Part shown: positions 1 through 8,945 of the stretch, piece by piece
Layout of the letters: every line of letters begins with the position of its first letter
Position numbering within the stretch: position 1 is the first letter of the stretch
DNA from: Candidatus Omnitrophota bacterium
Lineage (GTDB): Bacteria > Omnitrophota > Gorgyraeia > Zapsychrales > Fredricksoniimonadaceae
DNA: 64,000 nt
NCBI GenBank assembly: GCA_015233675.1
Contig: JADFXH010000003.1
Location: forward strand, 89,279 to 153,278
Direction: 5' to 3'
Program-made: the position numbers and the translations under genes
Notes under the pieces: model-generated
The model's database searches: none
Told to the model about the DNA's origin: nothing
Seen by the model: the letters and a program-made list of their open reading frames with translations, nothing else

Positions 1-222
1 GCGGTAGACTGCCGTGATTTTGGACGTGTTGATTTTCGCGTGGATGAAGCCGGAAAGCCGTATGTGTTAGAAATTAATCCTTTACCGAATTTAAGTCCTG
101 ATGATGTGTTCGTAATTTTTGGCAAGGTCAAAGGGATGTCGTATAACCAGATTATTAATAGAATCATGGATGAAGCCCTGACGCGCTTAAGGGTTATACC
201 AGAGGAAGCCTGCAAAAAATGA
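1..222 (+). CDS. ATP-grasp ligase, C-terminal fragment (D-alanine--D-alanine ligase-like); 5' end lies outside the window
   Basis: Frame 1 is open from base 1. The translation AVDCRDFGRVDFRVDEAGKPYVLEINPLPNLSP fits the C-terminal RvDF...E(I/V)N.lP strand motifs of ATP-grasp enzymes. The stop overlaps the next start (ATGA at 219-222). Confidence 0.6.
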   Translation, partial: AVDCRDFGRVDFRVDEAGKPYVLEINPLPNLSPDDVFVIFGKVKGMSYNQIINRIMDEALTRLRVIPEEACKK

Positions 223-1406
223 ATCCTGTTACGGCGGTGATCAAAGAAGAAAAAACCACATCTTCCGGGGGGCCGAATATCCCGTTATCTGCCCAAGAAC
301 AACGGGTTATTAAACTCTTTGAAGGTGCAACTTTAGCTGATTGGGAAGATTGGCGTTGGCAGGTTAGGAATCGTTTCCGCACCCTTGGGCAGATATCCAT
401 GCTTATGAAATTAACACCGCATGAAGAAAGCGGGGTTAAGGGCACGGGGGACAAGTTGACCATGTCCATACCTCCTTATTTTGCCTCCCTTATTGATGAA
501 AATGATCCCGGATGCCCTATTCGTTTGCAATCGGTCCCTCTGGATTATGAATTTGAGACTGCTCCTGAAGAAATGCTCGATCCTTGCGGGGAAGACAAGA
601 GTTCCGTAGTGCATGGTCTGGTGCACCGTTATCCCGACCGGGTGCTTTTTTTAGTCAATGAAATGTGTGCGATGTACTGCCGTTATTGCACTCGTTCACG
701 CATGGTTGGCGATGACAACCATACGCTTAACACCTCAACCTATGACGCGGCGCTTAATTATATCCGTGCGCATAAAGAGGTCCGTGATGTATTAATTTCC
801 GGAGGGGATCCGTTGACCTTAGGAGACCGGATGCTGGAATATTTGATTTCTTCCGTTAAAGCCATACCCCATGTGGAATTTGTGCGTATCGGGACCCGTG
901 TCCCAGCGACCTTGCCCCAGAGGATAACTCCGGAATTGATCGCAATGTTAAAAAAATATTCACCGTTGTGGATGAGCGTCCATTTTAATCATGCCAAAGA
1001 AGTGACCCCGCGCGTTAAGCATGCTTGCGACATGATCGCTGATGCGGGCATTCCCATGGGCAGTCAGACGGTGCTTTTGCGCGGCATTAATGATTCTCCC
1101 TCAGTGATGAAAAAACTTTTTCATGAGCTTTTGAAAATCCGTATCAGGCCGTATTATATTTACCAGTGCGATCCTATAGTCGGCTCAAGGCATTTCCGTA
1201 CGACTGTTGAAACAGGTATTAATATCATTCAAAATCTGCGCGGTCATACTTCCGGCTATGCGGTGCCGACCTATGTGATTGACGGCCCCGGCGGCGGGGG
1301 GAAAATCCCTGTTAACCCGGACTATATGGTCTCCAAGGGAAATGGCAGGTATACGCTGCGTAATTTCGCGGGAGAATTATATACCTATATCGACCCTACG
1401 TATTAA
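219..1406 (+). CDS. kamA: KamA-family radical-SAM aminomutase (lysine 2,3-aminomutase-like)
   Basis: 395 aa. Carries the CxxxCxxC cluster motif CAMYCRYCTRS, ISGGDPLTL, and C-terminal VPTYVIDGPGGGGKIP typical of KamA/EpmB proteins. Translationally coupled to the upstream ATP-grasp gene. Confidence 0.8.
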   Translation: MNPVTAVIKEEKTTSSGGPNIPLSAQEQRVIKLFEGATLADWEDWRWQVRNRFRTLGQISMLMKLTPHEESGVKGTGDKLTMSIPPYFASLIDENDPGCPIRLQSVPLDYEFETAPEEMLDPCGEDKSSVVHGLVHRYPDRVLFLVNEMCAMYCRYCTRSRMVGDDNHTLNTSTYDAALNYIRAHKEVRDVLISGGDPLTLGDRMLEYLISSVKAIPHVEFVRIGTRVPATLPQRITPELIAMLKKYSPLWMSVHFNHAKEVTPRVKHACDMIADAGIPMGSQTVLLRGINDSPSVMKKLFHELLKIRIRPYYIYQCDPIVGSRHFRTTVETGINIIQNLRGHTSGYAVPTYVIDGPGGGGKIPVNPDYMVSKGNGRYTLRNFAGELYTYIDPTY

Positions 1407-1410
1407 AACG

Positions 1411-3966
1411 TTGTTTTTCGGGATAGCTTGGGCTGGACTTTGTACAACAGGCATGGCCCAAGACTATGGGACACTCACCACTCCCGACAGAACCGCTGTT
1501 ATCAATGCCGCTTTAAATTCAATAGAGTCCTCATCGGCTCAAACGGACCATCCTTCTTCACCTCAAGCGCTACCGCCGTCTGCGCCCCCAGTTTCACCGC
1601 CCTCTTCTTGGGACAATAATTTTAAGATCAGCGGGGATGCCCGCACCTCTATGGGGATTTATTCCAACGGGACCGCGGTATTTACCCGGGCCAACGCGGA
1701 TCTCAATGAGAAGAATTGGCGGGTACTTTCATCTGCCGGGCTTAACGACAACATCAATACCTATGACCCCGCGCTTTATTCCCGCTTGAAGGTGGTGATG
1801 GATGCGTCTGTCGCGGCAGCGGTGGTGTCCGTACATTTGAATATCAGTGTCGATCCGTGGAGTTATACGGGTAAAAGCAATACCCAGCTCGTCACTTCTG
1901 AATGGGGAGATACCGCTAAAATTCAATATTTATTTTGGGGCAATACCGGATATACGGTCAATTCCATTGTGAATACATTGGGATACGGAGGTTCCGTTGC
2001 CCTGCCTGAAGTAAAAACCAAAGGCAATAGGGTACCGGCGATCAGTGTTCCCAGCAGTATTCAAGATCCATGGGGAGATACGGACATATTCAATATTCCT
2101 GCTGCAAAAATAAATTATACCTTCCAGCCTGTGAGAGAAGCGTGGGTGGATCTTAAGCCTACGGATGAAATAAAGTTGCGTATTTTTCCGATGGGGTTTG
2201 AAGACCAGGCCTTGTCTACGGATGATCCTTTAAAACTTTCCAATAATAAGGAGTGGTATGCCGAAAGTCCATGGATTGACGGCTGGCAGGGGGGCAATTT
2301 AAATACAGGGGTCCCTCCCGTGACTTTTACCAAAGGCCAATGGGACAAGAGCCTGTCTTTTTTTACCAAAGATAGCGACGGTCAGCGTTTGACCTCCTTG
2401 AGGGGAGTGTCTTTGGAAGCACCACCCACCGATGAGACATCTCTTAAGGCAACCATTGCCGCTCCCAAGACCCTTTGGCAGGATTACGGGGACATCACAG
2501 CTTTACCGGCCAGTGCGCGGCTTAAGCAATTTATTGGAGATTTGTTTTATATAGGCACCGTGGCGGATGTTCATCAGGGTTATGTCAACGGGCAAAAAGA
2601 TGCCGAAAATTATACAGGCGGTGTGGACACAGGGTTTATGCCTATGAAATGGCTGAAAGCCAGCGCCGAATATGCCACGTCCAGAAGCCGTTATGATGAA
2701 ACCACTCCGGATTATGCCACTAAGTATAGCGGCAAAGCCTATTATGTGTCCCTGGAAGCGGCTTCGAATCCTGAGGGGATGCTCAAAAAAGATTATTACA
2801 ATTTTAACCCTATCGAGAAAACCGATATTTTTTTCAAGAGCAGGGTTTATTTTGCCAGGATGGACCAGGGTTTTGAGTCGAGCCTCTCTGATTATAATTC
2901 AACTCGTCAAGACAGTTTCTGGGGGGAACACTTGTCCTTTTATCCCTCAGAGTACCGCTATTTACCTGGTATCTCGCCCGGCATGTCCCAATATGATCTG
3001 GAACCGTTTAGTATAGGCAACGGCATTGATTATGGCCGTTCAGTCGTTGCTTGGCGGGGGGACACGAATTTGCTGGAGGGAAAACTTCATGGCCTTGCAG
3101 ATGCCAGGCATGTCGCGGACAATAATGATGATAATATAGAGAATGTCTTGCGCACGGCATGGACGCTTGAGCCGACCGATCAGTTGACCACAAAACTTCT
3201 TTTATTGTGGCATGACTTGCCTAAGACAACAGCAGGGGTGGATCCTTTTTTAATTGAGGACAATACCGCTGCAGAGCGCTTCGCTAATACCTCGGTTGAA
3301 GGAGGGAAAGACCCCAGTTTGACAACAGAATCTTTGGGGGCTCGCTATGCGCTTAGCCCATGGGCTGCGCTTAACGGTGTTTGGGAATTCACCAATGACG
3401 TGACTTTGGCTACTAATGATTTTCCTCAGGGGGATTTAAATAGCACCTATTTCTCTACCTATACCCAAAATGGAAAAATTTATACAACAGAGGTGCCTCA
3501 GCTTTACGACCAGAGCTATTTTGAGCAGGCGCCGTATCTCTACCATAATATTTTTAAAACCGGTTTGGAATTGACCCCGACACAAGCCTGGCATGTTTAT
3601 CTGGATTATACCCGCAACCCCAATAAATTCGCTGGAAATATTGATGATAATATGAGCCATTACGGCATTGAAACCAGTTATGTGCCTACTTCTAAAATAG
3701 GTTTTTTCGCACGTTATACATTCTCCGAGGGGTATGATACCAATCGTTTAGTTAATGATAAGGAGATGGATTATCGGGACTATAATAATTTCTTTTTTGA
3801 AACGCGCATGATTTTGCCTAAAGATGTGACGATGTCCATCCAGTACGGCGTGGGGTCGGCCTACAATATTATCACTTCTAATACGAATCCCAGCTTGACA
3901 TTTTATGCCACGACTGTCGTGGAAACCCAGCATGTTGTCCGCATTGTCTTTGATAAAAAGTTCTAG
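1411..3966 (+). CDS. Large secreted protein, putative outer-membrane beta-barrel
   Basis: The track ORF 1279-3966 overlaps kamA by 128 nt. A plausible start is TTG 1411 (or ATT 1402), giving (K)TLFFGIAWAGLCTTGMA/QD as a signal-like N-terminus. The C-terminal third has alternating aromatic/polar strands (YGIETSYVPT, GFFARYTFSEGY, MSIQYGVGSAY). It ends in ...VFDKKF; a terminal Phe is typical of OM barrels. No family recognised. Confidence 0.5.
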   Translation: MFFGIAWAGLCTTGMAQDYGTLTTPDRTAVINAALNSIESSSAQTDHPSSPQALPPSAPPVSPPSSWDNNFKISGDARTSMGIYSNGTAVFTRANADLNEKNWRVLSSAGLNDNINTYDPALYSRLKVVMDASVAAAVVSVHLNISVDPWSYTGKSNTQLVTSEWGDTAKIQYLFWGNTGYTVNSIVNTLGYGGSVALPEVKTKGNRVPAISVPSSIQDPWGDTDIFNIPAAKINYTFQPVREAWVDLKPTDEIKLRIFPMGFEDQALSTDDPLKLSNNKEWYAESPWIDGWQGGNLNTGVPPVTFTKGQWDKSLSFFTKDSDGQRLTSLRGVSLEAPPTDETSLKATIAAPKTLWQDYGDITALPASARLKQFIGDLFYIGTVADVHQGYVNGQKDAENYTGGVDTGFMPMKWLKASAEYATSRSRYDETTPDYATKYSGKAYYVSLEAASNPEGMLKKDYYNFNPIEKTDIFFKSRVYFARMDQGFESSLSDYNSTRQDSFWGEHLSFYPSEYRYLPGISPGMSQYDLEPFSIGNGIDYGRSVVAWRGDTNLLEGKLHGLADARHVADNNDDNIENVLRTAWTLEPTDQLTTKLLLLWHDLPKTTAGVDPFLIEDNTAAERFANTSVEGGKDPSLTTESLGARYALSPWAALNGVWEFTNDVTLATNDFPQGDLNSTYFSTYTQNGKIYTTEVPQLYDQSYFEQAPYLYHNIFKTGLELTPTQAWHVYLDYTRNPNKFAGNIDDNMSHYGIETSYVPTSKIGFFARYTFSEGYDTNRLVNDKEMDYRDYNNFFFETRMILPKDVTMSIQYGVGSAYNIITSNTNPSLTFYATTVVETQHVVRIVFDKKF

Positions 3967-3984
3967 CATCTAGCATTGAATTGT

Positions 3985-4012
3985 TTGACAATAATCAAAC
4001 ATATATTATAAT
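3985..4012 (+). promoter_or_regulatory. Sigma70-type promoter candidate for rpsU
   Basis: TTGACA (3985-3990), 16-nt spacer, TATAAT (4007-4012). An AAGGAG Shine-Dalgarno lies at 4047-4052. Confidence 0.55.
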
Positions 4013-4064
4013 ACAACCTTTCAAGCCAATGAAACCATTAAGGATTAAGGAGCAGTGATTAGTA

Positions 4065-4220
4065 ATGTTAGAAGTTAAGGTTAATGACAAGAACAGTTTT
4101 GAAAAAGCGATGCGCTTATTCAAGAAGCAGTGCCAAAAAGACGGATTTTTAGTCGAGCTTAAGGACCGCCGTTTTTATTGTAAGCCCTCTGAACGCAAAC
4201 GTAAAAAGGGCAAGAGGTAA
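4065..4220 (+). CDS. rpsU: 30S ribosomal protein S21
   Basis: 51-aa ORF below the track cutoff: MLEVKVNDKNSFEKAMRLFKKQCQKDGFLVELKDRRFYCKPSERKRKKGKR. It follows the S21 pattern (..V.V..n..fe.AlRrFKr.c.k.G.l.E.r.r.fY.KPsE.rr). Confidence 0.85.
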   Translation: MLEVKVNDKNSFEKAMRLFKKQCQKDGFLVELKDRRFYCKPSERKRKKGKR

Positions 4221-4292
4221 ATCGTTTTATTAAGTTTTAATGATTGCTTCGTCTTAAACAGCAGGCCTCGAAATGACAGAGGGATCGATTAA

Positions 4293-4320
4293 GACACCGT
4301 TCGCGGTGTCTTCTTTATTC
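4293..4320 (+). terminator. Rho-independent terminator after rpsU
   Basis: Stem GACACCG (4293-4299), loop TTCG, stem CGGTGTC (4304-4310), followed by TTCTTTATT. Confidence 0.6.
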
Positions 4321-4331
4321 CCTGGTTTGTT

Positions 4332-5891
4332 ATGATCAAAGTCAAACGCGCATTAATTTCCGTTTCCGACAAAACCGGCTTGGTAGAATTTGCCAAGGGT
4401 TTGCAGAAGCTGGGTGTAGAAATTATCTCTACCGGCGGCACCGCAGCGCTTTTACGTTCAGCCAACCTTAAGGTCCAGGAAGTTTCGGAGTATACCGGTT
4501 TTCCTGAAATGCTGGATGGCCGCGTTAAGACCCTGCATCCTAAAATCCACGCCGGTCTTCTGGCTTTGCGTGATAATCCCCAACACATGAAACAGATGGC
4601 CAGCCACGAGATCGGCCTGATTGATATGGTGGTGGTTAATCTTTATCCTTTCGAGAAGGCGATCCAGAAAAAGAACATCTCCCTGGAAGATGCCATTGAG
4701 AATATAGATATCGGCGGCCCTTCCATGCTGCGTTCGGCGGCCAAGAATTATAAAAATGTTGCGGTCATATGTGATCCTGAGCGTTATAACGAAGTGCTCA
4801 ATGAGCTTAATAATAATAGCGGCATTTTATCAGATAAGGTTCTGACTAAGCTGGCCATTGAGGTTTTTGAGCGTACTTGCCGCTATGACGCCGCTATTCA
4901 TGAGTTTTTGAATAACCGATTTAAGGCAGATAATTCTTTCTCCTCTTTCCCTAAAGAGTTTACTTTTTCTTTTAGTAAATTACAGGATTTGCGTTACGGC
5001 GAAAATCCTCATCAGGCCGCGGCTTTTTATAAGGACAGCACTGTGCAGCACGGCCTGGCAGGTCTTCAACAACTGCAGGGTAAGGAACTTTCCTTTAATA
5101 ACATTCTTGATCTGAATGCCGCCGTAGACATCATCCGTGAATTTGATGCGCCGGCGGCAGTCATTATTAAGCATAATAATCCCTGCGGCGTTGCCCAGGA
5201 TAAAAGTATCGATAAGGCGTATCATAAGGCATACAAATGCGATCCTCTTTCTGCTTTCGGCGGCATTATCGGGTTTAACCGCCCGGTGGACGCAAAAACC
5301 GCCGCCGCTGTCATTAAAAGCGGATTTATGGAATGCGTCATAGCTCCCGGGTTTGACGATGATGCGAAGGGGATTTTCTCAGTTAAGAAAAATTTGCGTT
5401 TACTTGTGTTGGATGTTTATGGAGAAGATCTGGAGCCTTTTGACTTTAAGAAAGTATCAGGCGGGCTATTATTGCAGGAAAAGGATAACCGCAGCCTTAA
5501 GCCGGAAGAATTAAAAATAGTCAGTAAGATCAAGCCTACTAAATTACAAATGGATGCTATGATTTTTGGATGGAAATTGATTAAGCATGTTAAAAGCAAT
5601 GCCATTGTCCTGATCAAAGGGACGCAGACTTTAGGTATTGGCTGTGGACAGACCAGTCGCGTGGATTCCGCGATCCATGCCATTCGTCGAGCGGGGAAAG
5701 CGGCTCAAGGGAGCGTTTTAATTTCCGACGCCTTTTTACCTAAGCCCGACACCGTCACTATTGCCGCGAAGGCAGGCATTAAAGCCATTATCCAGACCGG
5801 CGGCTCTATCATGGATGAAGCCGTTATTAAAGAAGCCGACAAAAAAAAGATAGCCATGGTTACAACAGGCATCAGGCACTTTAAACATTAA
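4332..5891 (+). CDS. purH: Bifunctional AICAR transformylase / IMP cyclohydrolase
   Basis: 519 aa. MGS-like N-terminus KRALISVSDKTGLVEFAKGL...STGGTA. Conserved ENPHQ and the C-terminal formyltransferase region QTGGSIMD...RHFKH. Confidence 0.93.
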   Translation: MIKVKRALISVSDKTGLVEFAKGLQKLGVEIISTGGTAALLRSANLKVQEVSEYTGFPEMLDGRVKTLHPKIHAGLLALRDNPQHMKQMASHEIGLIDMVVVNLYPFEKAIQKKNISLEDAIENIDIGGPSMLRSAAKNYKNVAVICDPERYNEVLNELNNNSGILSDKVLTKLAIEVFERTCRYDAAIHEFLNNRFKADNSFSSFPKEFTFSFSKLQDLRYGENPHQAAAFYKDSTVQHGLAGLQQLQGKELSFNNILDLNAAVDIIREFDAPAAVIIKHNNPCGVAQDKSIDKAYHKAYKCDPLSAFGGIIGFNRPVDAKTAAAVIKSGFMECVIAPGFDDDAKGIFSVKKNLRLLVLDVYGEDLEPFDFKKVSGGLLLQEKDNRSLKPEELKIVSKIKPTKLQMDAMIFGWKLIKHVKSNAIVLIKGTQTLGIGCGQTSRVDSAIHAIRRAGKAAQGSVLISDAFLPKPDTVTIAAKAGIKAIIQTGGSIMDEAVIKEADKKKIAMVTTGIRHFKH

Positions 5892-5931
5892 ATATTCCCT
5901 GCTCCTTAGGCCTTGGCAGGGTTGCCTCGAT

Positions 5932-7230
5932 ATGAACTCTTCAGAGGTGCATACTTATTTAAATTCTTTTACCAATTTTGAATCCCAGCTTCATAAACTG
6001 CTCCCCGAAGATTTTAATCTCAACCGCATCCAAAAATTTTTGGATTTAGCAGGTAACCCTGCAAAGAATTTAAAAATTATCCATGTGGCAGGCACTAAAG
6101 GTAAAGGTTCGACTTGTGCGTTTTTAGCCAGTATTTTGCAGGAGGCGGGCTTCAAAGTCGGGCTATACACATCGCCCCATCTGCACAGGGTCAATGAACG
6201 TATCCGTATTTTAAATACGGAAAATATCCGATCAAAAGATAATTTCAGCGGATCTATCGGCGAGGAGGAGTTAGCATGCGTGCTGACAGATTTGCGTCCT
6301 TTTGCTGCTGCCATCCAAAACGAAGGAAATATCCTTACTTTTTTTGAAGTCCTGACAGTGGCGGCCTTGTATTATTTTGCCAGAAGCCAAGTGGATATTG
6401 TTATTCTGGAAACCGGTTTGGGCGGACGACTGGATGCGACTAACGCAGTGGATTCTTCTATTGCTGTGATTACTCCGGTGAGTCTGGACCATGCCCGGAT
6501 TTTAGGTTCTACGTTGAGCCAAATAGCATCTGAGAAGGCCGGTATTATTAAGAATTCCAACCAGAAAGTCGTGATAGCTCCTCAAGAAAAGCAAGCGATG
6601 GATGTTATTCTCAACCGCTGCCGGGAATTTGGCATTCAGCCCATACTTGTGTGTCCGGATAAATATGAAAATTTAAGGATAGGACTCAAGGGCAAGCATC
6701 AAATGATGAACGCTGCGCTGGCCGTTGAAACGTTGACAGTTTTAAAAACGATGGGATTTAAAATCAGCGATGAAGCGGTGAGTGAAGGATTAAAGCATGT
6801 CCGTTGGCCCGGCAGGTTTGAATTGTTGCAAGAGAGTCCGGATGTGATTGTCGATTGTGCGCATAATGGGGCCTCCGCTCAAGCATTGTCCCGGGCCTTG
6901 AAGGAGGTTTATCATCATCGACGATTGATTTTAGTGCTGGGGATATCCCAGGACAAAGACATAGCGGCCATTTGTTATCATTTAAAAGACAATGCGGCAC
7001 GCATTATTTTGACCAAGGCCCAACATCCCCGGGCGCATCTGTTTACACAAGCAGAGTGTAATGATTATTTCGGTGATAAGCCTTTTGAAATCATAGAGAG
7101 TTTGTCTCAAGCCCTAAAAAAAGCTTTACAAATAGCCCACGTGCAGGATGTTGTTGTAGTGACGGGTTCAATTTTTGTAGTCGCAGAGGCCATTGATTGT
7201 TTAGTCAATAAAGAGCGCGGGCAGGGATAA
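5932..7230 (+). CDS. folC: Folylpolyglutamate synthase / dihydrofolate synthase
   Basis: 432 aa. Mur-ligase P-loop HVAGTKGKGST, LETGLGGRLDATN, and length typical of FolC. Confidence 0.88.
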   Translation: MNSSEVHTYLNSFTNFESQLHKLLPEDFNLNRIQKFLDLAGNPAKNLKIIHVAGTKGKGSTCAFLASILQEAGFKVGLYTSPHLHRVNERIRILNTENIRSKDNFSGSIGEEELACVLTDLRPFAAAIQNEGNILTFFEVLTVAALYYFARSQVDIVILETGLGGRLDATNAVDSSIAVITPVSLDHARILGSTLSQIASEKAGIIKNSNQKVVIAPQEKQAMDVILNRCREFGIQPILVCPDKYENLRIGLKGKHQMMNAALAVETLTVLKTMGFKISDEAVSEGLKHVRWPGRFELLQESPDVIVDCAHNGASAQALSRALKEVYHHRRLILVLGISQDKDIAAICYHLKDNAARIILTKAQHPRAHLFTQAECNDYFGDKPFEIIESLSQALKKALQIAHVQDVVVVTGSIFVVAEAIDCLVNKERGQG

Positions 7231-7493
7231 ATTTGGTCTTTGCGTTGACTCTGATTTGGCGCATTAGCATGGATGAACAGGTATTATGTATTCGGCACGG
7301 AATATTTTTGCCGTCTGCTTCGGTTTACGACAATTTTGTTCTAAAGATTCTCTTCATTTGGAACAAAATTGTCATAAATCCTCGCAGACTTTTGGCAAAA
7401 AATTCCCGAATGTGCCGAATACATAATACCTATTCATCCATGAAGCAACAAATCAGCCAGGAGCAAAAAGAATAAATTCATCCCTTATAATGC
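7224..7493 (+). repeat. Composite palindromic element: family-2 arms bracketing hairpin-family copy A
   Basis: The left arm gggataaatttggtcttt...ctgattt (7224-7257) is imperfectly complementary to the right arm aaatcagccaggagcaaaaagaataaattcatccc (7450-7484). The right arm plus cttataatgc matches the arms of the full family-2 palindrome at 26039-26276. The left arm overlaps the folC stop. Confidence 0.7.
7268..7442 (+). repeat. Long-hairpin intergenic element, copy A (family 1, subfamily with loop TAAAGATTCTCTTCATTTG)
   Basis: Outer arms catggatgaacaggtattatgtattcggcac / gtgccgaatacataatacctattcatccatg. Inner arms tacgacaattttgttc / gaacaaaattgtcata. The core ggaatatttttgccgtctgc pairs with gcagacttttggcaaaaaattcc. 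The track ORF 7233-7475 is a translation of this repeat. Confidence 0.9.
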
Positions 7494-7518
7494 ATTCATG
7501 CGCTAAGGAGTTGAAATT

Positions 7519-8916
7519 ATGTATCAGTATAAAGGCTTGGAAGACACGATCGCGGCGATTGCTACCCCGGCAGGACAAGGGGGTATTGGCATTGTGCGTA
7601 TCAGCGGCAAAGATGCTGTTACAGTGGCCGATGCGGTTCTTCGCCTTCAAGGCAAGAAGACATTAGTCCAAAGCAAAAGTCATACGCTGCAGCACGGATG
7701 GGTCATCAGTACTAAAAGCAAAGAAATCATTGACGAAGTCTTAGTGACGCTGATGCGGGAGCCTAAAAGTTACACTACCGAGGATGTCGTTGAAATTAAT
7801 TGTCATGGCGGTACGACTGTCTTGCGCGCGGTCCTCCATGCGGTGTTAGACGCGGGGGCCCGTCTGGCAACCCCCGGAGAATTTACCAAACGGGCATTCC
7901 TGCATGGCCGCATGGACTTGACCCAGGCGGAAGCGGTGATTGATGTCATCAATGCTAAGACAGAAACATTTTTACGTCAGAGCCATCATCAATTAAAAGG
8001 GGAATTGTCAGATGAGCTTAAAGCTATCCGGGAAGAGTTAATAAAAATATATATGATAATGGAAGCCTTGATTAACTTCCCGGAAGATGACATTGACGCT
8101 CAAGGCCGTCAGCAAATATTAGACCGCATCGGTAATCAAGAGAAGCTCGCAGCCAAACTTTTGGGGTCTTCTAAGAGCGGACGAATCCTTAAAGATGGAG
8201 TGCGTATTGTCTTATGCGGCAAGTCCAATGTCGGCAAGTCATCATTACTTAACGCATTGCTCAAAGAGCAGCGGGCCATTGTTACCGATATTGCCGGTAC
8301 CACCCGGGATGTGCTGGAAGAGTCAGCACAGCTTAAAGGCATCCCTGTTTCGTTGGTGGACACCGCAGGCATATTGGAACCAAGAGATTTGATTGAAGAG
8401 GAAGCGGTTAAGCGCAGTCATCTTTATATTAAAAGCGCTGATTTGGTGCTTTTAGTTTTGGACCATAGCCGTCCTTTAGAAGAGCTGGACATGCTGCTTT
8501 TGGAACAATTAAAATCTGCTCAAGTTTTAGCGGTGGTTAATAAAATGGATTTAGACGGGCAGATAGACATGTCAGTCCCTGAAGGGATATTTGGCAGGGA
8601 ACATGTTTTAAAAATTTCTGCGCTTGAAGCCAGATCAATTTCGCAACTGGAGGCAAAAATTGTTGACTTGATTTGCAAGGACAAAAATTTTGATGCTCAC
8701 GGCATTTTTATCAGCAATATCCGGCATATTAAGGCTTTAGAGGAAGCTCAAAAGAATTTGCAAGACGCCTGCCGTTTAATGATTGAAAATGTTTCCTGGG
8801 AATTCATTTCTGAAGAAATTAAAGCTGCAGTTAATCAAATGGACGCCATCACCGGCCGCAACATCGATGAAGACTTGTTAGACCGTATTTTTTCCGAATT
8901 TTGTATAGGCAAGTGA
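7519..8916 (+). CDS. mnmE: tRNA modification GTPase MnmE
   Basis: 465 aa. G-domain motifs GKSNVGKSSLLN, DTAG, NKMD. C-terminal ...FCIGK tetrapeptide characteristic of MnmE/TrmE. AAGGAG Shine-Dalgarno present. Confidence 0.93.
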   Translation: MYQYKGLEDTIAAIATPAGQGGIGIVRISGKDAVTVADAVLRLQGKKTLVQSKSHTLQHGWVISTKSKEIIDEVLVTLMREPKSYTTEDVVEINCHGGTTVLRAVLHAVLDAGARLATPGEFTKRAFLHGRMDLTQAEAVIDVINAKTETFLRQSHHQLKGELSDELKAIREELIKIYMIMEALINFPEDDIDAQGRQQILDRIGNQEKLAAKLLGSSKSGRILKDGVRIVLCGKSNVGKSSLLNALLKEQRAIVTDIAGTTRDVLEESAQLKGIPVSLVDTAGILEPRDLIEEEAVKRSHLYIKSADLVLLVLDHSRPLEELDMLLLEQLKSAQVLAVVNKMDLDGQIDMSVPEGIFGREHVLKISALEARSISQLEAKIVDLICKDKNFDAHGIFISNIRHIKALEEAQKNLQDACRLMIENVSWEFISEEIKAAVNQMDAITGRNIDEDLLDRIFSEFCIGK

Positions 8917-8945
8917 GCTTAATAGGACAGATAATCAGATTGGAT

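Noticed and set aside
7309-7319. The invariant core GCCGTCTGC of the hairpin family resembles the Neisseria DNA-uptake sequence GCCGTCTGAA, and comEA/comEC are in the window.
   Set aside because: Only 8 of 10 positions match. The motif never occurs outside the larger ~175-bp element here. DUS specificity is tied to Neisseriaceae ComP. This is most likely coincidence. A genome-wide count of the free 9-mer versus element-embedded copies would test it.
7233-7475. An apparently conserved small protein (MDEQ.L.IRHGIFLPSASVY...ILFIWN...NPRRHLAKNSRMCRIHN) predicted at 7233-7475(+), 20645-20833(+), 36159-36383(-) and overlapping 13852-14079(-).
   Set aside because: These ORFs are translations of the family-1 hairpin repeat.
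- They have no consistent start codon or Shine-Dalgarno.
- Copy F has no ORF of at least 60 aa.
- Differences between copies are paired arm-to-arm changes that are mostly non-synonymous (DNFVL / IKNIL / NKNVL).
- The second half of each 'protein' is just the complement of the first half.
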